From Scyliorhinus canicula (Eukaryota): a stretch of DNA of 64,000 bases. Shown here piece after piece: positions 61,738-64,000 of the stretch. The DNA lies in the NCBI RefSeq assembly GCF_902713615.1, contig NC_052165.1, forward strand, positions 49,411,391-49,475,390. Reading direction: 5' to 3'. The notes below the pieces were generated by a model. It was given only the letters and a program-made list of their open reading frames with translations. It was not told where the DNA came from and did no database searches. Within the stretch, counting starts at the first letter, position 1; each line of letters begins with the position of its first letter. The position numbers were made by a program, and so were the translations under genes.

Positions 61738-64000
61738 CGTGGCATTGGTACTGAATGTAAACAGTCCCTTTCTGTGAAATATTTTAACAAAGCCAGTAAC
61801 AGAATACTGTGATGCAGCACTACACAATAGCAACTAGAAATGGTCTTGAGATGTGGACTGGTATGTACATTATACTAGGGCCTTGGCGTGCAACCTTGTG
61901 CTTCCAAACCACTTGTCCTTAACCAGTAGGAAAATTCTGCATTTCAGCTAAGGCTAACACTGTTCGAAAACCAGCATATCTCTTACCCACCATCTCACAA
62001 GCTGTTCTAGGGATCCAGCCACTGCCCTGTTGCACGAGGAACAGTAGATGGTTAATATCACAAAGTTGATTATTGGCATGGCATCCTGGCACAGAAATGC
62101 AGCTCTTGGGACATGTACCGTCATCAGCTACTTTGGTTAGCAAAAATCTATCATTCTCAGACTTAAAATCAGTGATTGATCCAGTATCAGTTTTCATTTG
62201 CAGAACTGAGTTCTAAACTACTACCACATTTTCTTTTTCCTAATTTCGCTTCTGAAAAGCCTGTCTCTATATTTTAGACTATGTCCCCTGTCCTAGACAC
62301 CCCCCTCCCCCGCCCCCCCAAATAGTTTATCTCTGTTCTCTTAATCCTGAAAACAGCAATCAAATCACCCCTTCTAAATTCCATGCATTACAACCCTAAT
62401 TTGTGCAACCGCTCCTCCTGATTTAATGTTTGGAGTTCAGTATCATTCTGGTAAATTTATTCTACACTCCCTCCAAATCTAATATATAATTCCTAAAGTG
62501 TGAGGGTCAGAACCTTTCCCAGTACACCGAACTGTGATGCAATTAGAGTTTTGTAGCATCCTGTATTCTAGTGCATTTTTGCTCCTATTTCCTTTTCAAT
62601 TAATCTTTGCACTTTTTGCATTTGGTTTGATTCTCTGTTGTTTTAGGAACCTGATGTTGATCATAAGCCTTCTCTCTAGGTTACATTTTAATCATCATTT
62701 ATTTAGTCATAACTTTGGATGCCCTTTCTTTCCCCCTCATGGGAATGTGTCTTGCCTTTACCACCTCCTTGAATGTATTCCATTACTCGTCTATTGTTTT
62801 ACCTTCCAATGTTTGATTCCAGTCATCTGAGCCAGCTCATTAAATTTGGTCCTCTGACCAATTGGTATCCACGTGATTCAAAAGCAAAATACTGCGAATG
62901 CTGGACGTTAAAGGTGATAACAGAAAATGCTAGAAATACTCCGCAGGATTGGCGCAGCTGTGGAGAGAGGAACAGATTTAATGGGCGATATTTTACCAAT
63001 ATTGTCGAGGTCCAGACATCGGCCACAAATGCATGCCAGTGACATGAACAAGCAGCCAGTGAGATCTTCCTCCTGATTTTATGGGTGTCAGTTCATTAAG
63101 TAGCTGTTGTTGGCCCAATTAGAGATATGACAGCTCAGCAGCTCCATCAGGAATATTGGGCACTGCGGAGGCTTGCAGCATTGAAGAAGCCGGCACCAAA
63201 AAAAATTTAAAGTGAAGGGAAGCCCCCGAGGAAATCACGGGGACTGCCTCTTAAGGTTCCAAAAACAATCCCCACTGGGCTACTGCTAGGAAGCCACCTA
63301 CAGTTAGCTTGCAGCCTCCCCATGTGATAGGAGGCCAGCCGGTAGCCTGATAAATTGACCCTCAAAAGGGCATTTCCATATTCAAGTTGGGTTCCTGCCT
63401 CCTTGTGCTGGGGAACAGATCCACCAAAGCACCCCACAATTTTATTGGCTCCCTCACTTCATGCAGGCCAGCAAAATTCTTACCAACATTTCAGGTCCAG
63501 AACCTTTCTTCAGCTTCATTAAATATTTTAGGAATTACACCCTTCCTTGCCCTTACACCTTTTTGTTTCTTACCTGTATAAGTACCCAACCATCACTATT
63601 TAATATTTTTACCTGTTCTAAAATTTTCTGCAGATTTGCTCCTCCATCTCTTTCCCACTATTACGGTAGACATCCAGCTTCTCATTAACTTTACCAAAGT
63701 AGATTCTGTCATTAAACTCTCCAGCACATCATCCTAGCCTTCAGCAGTACCTATTATTAATACAGTTCCCATCCTCTCATTTTTTTTGCCTTTCCCTACC
63801 CCTCCTGAAATACAATATAGCTAGATTCATGGTTTTCATTGAGAGATGCTTCCATTATTACCACACATCACATCCTTATCTAGCCACTTCTACATGTAGC
63901 TCACCAATGCTCTGTCAGTGTCACCCTGCTTTCGTCTGCTTTGCATTTTCCTCCTATTTGATTCCTCTTTTCTCTAGAGTACACTTTATTCTAATGCTGT

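Larger units (their letters stand above)
31940..61760 (+). other. FOXM1: FOXM1 gene span (non-coding exon 1 plus 8 coding exons; transcript ends approximate)
   Basis: Coding exons join in frame at GT-AG boundaries: 646+149+159+129+69+58+200+864 = 2274 nt = 757 aa plus stop. The forkhead domain and the N- and C-terminal FOXM1 motifs are recognisable. TSS and poly(A) site are estimates. Confidence 0.93.

Overview
Repeat-rich vertebrate genomic DNA, almost certainly from a cartilaginous fish (the HE1/V-SINE, DeuSINE, CR1 and L1 repertoire points to a shark; the species is inferred, not shown). The window holds a complete FOXM1 gene on the + strand: a putative non-coding exon 1 ending at 32590 and 8 coding exons spanning 35853-60622, giving about 757 aa with a 69-nt cassette exon or 734 aa without it. 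FOXM1 is head-to-head with a complete RHNO1 gene on the - strand (coding exons 20115-20279 and 18214-19119, 356 aa). The two genes share a CpG-rich core of about 200 bp carrying CCAAT, MYB and CHR motifs, bracketed by two different minisatellites. A second CpG island at about 8.1-8.7 kb carries a probable TULP3 first coding exon (- strand), which reproduces the human FOXM1-RHNO1-TULP3 order. The rest is nested transposable elements: L1/Tx1, CR1, L2, SINEs, a decayed Mag-type Gypsy element, solo LTRs, a Penelope-type hairpin and a Harbinger-like G-rich foldback element. The most unusual observations are (i) long RNA-duplex-forming elements on both sides of the FOXM1 exon encoding the DNA-recognition helix, one of them a local 154-bp inverted duplication; (ii) a candidate ancient equivalent of the FOXM1b/c cassette exon; (iii) the minisatellite-flanked bidirectional promoter; and (iv) the G-quadruplex-rich foldback transposon. 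No prokaryote-type system (CRISPR, operon) is present, and I found no wholly new protein-coding system. All homology calls are from recall, with no database searches run.
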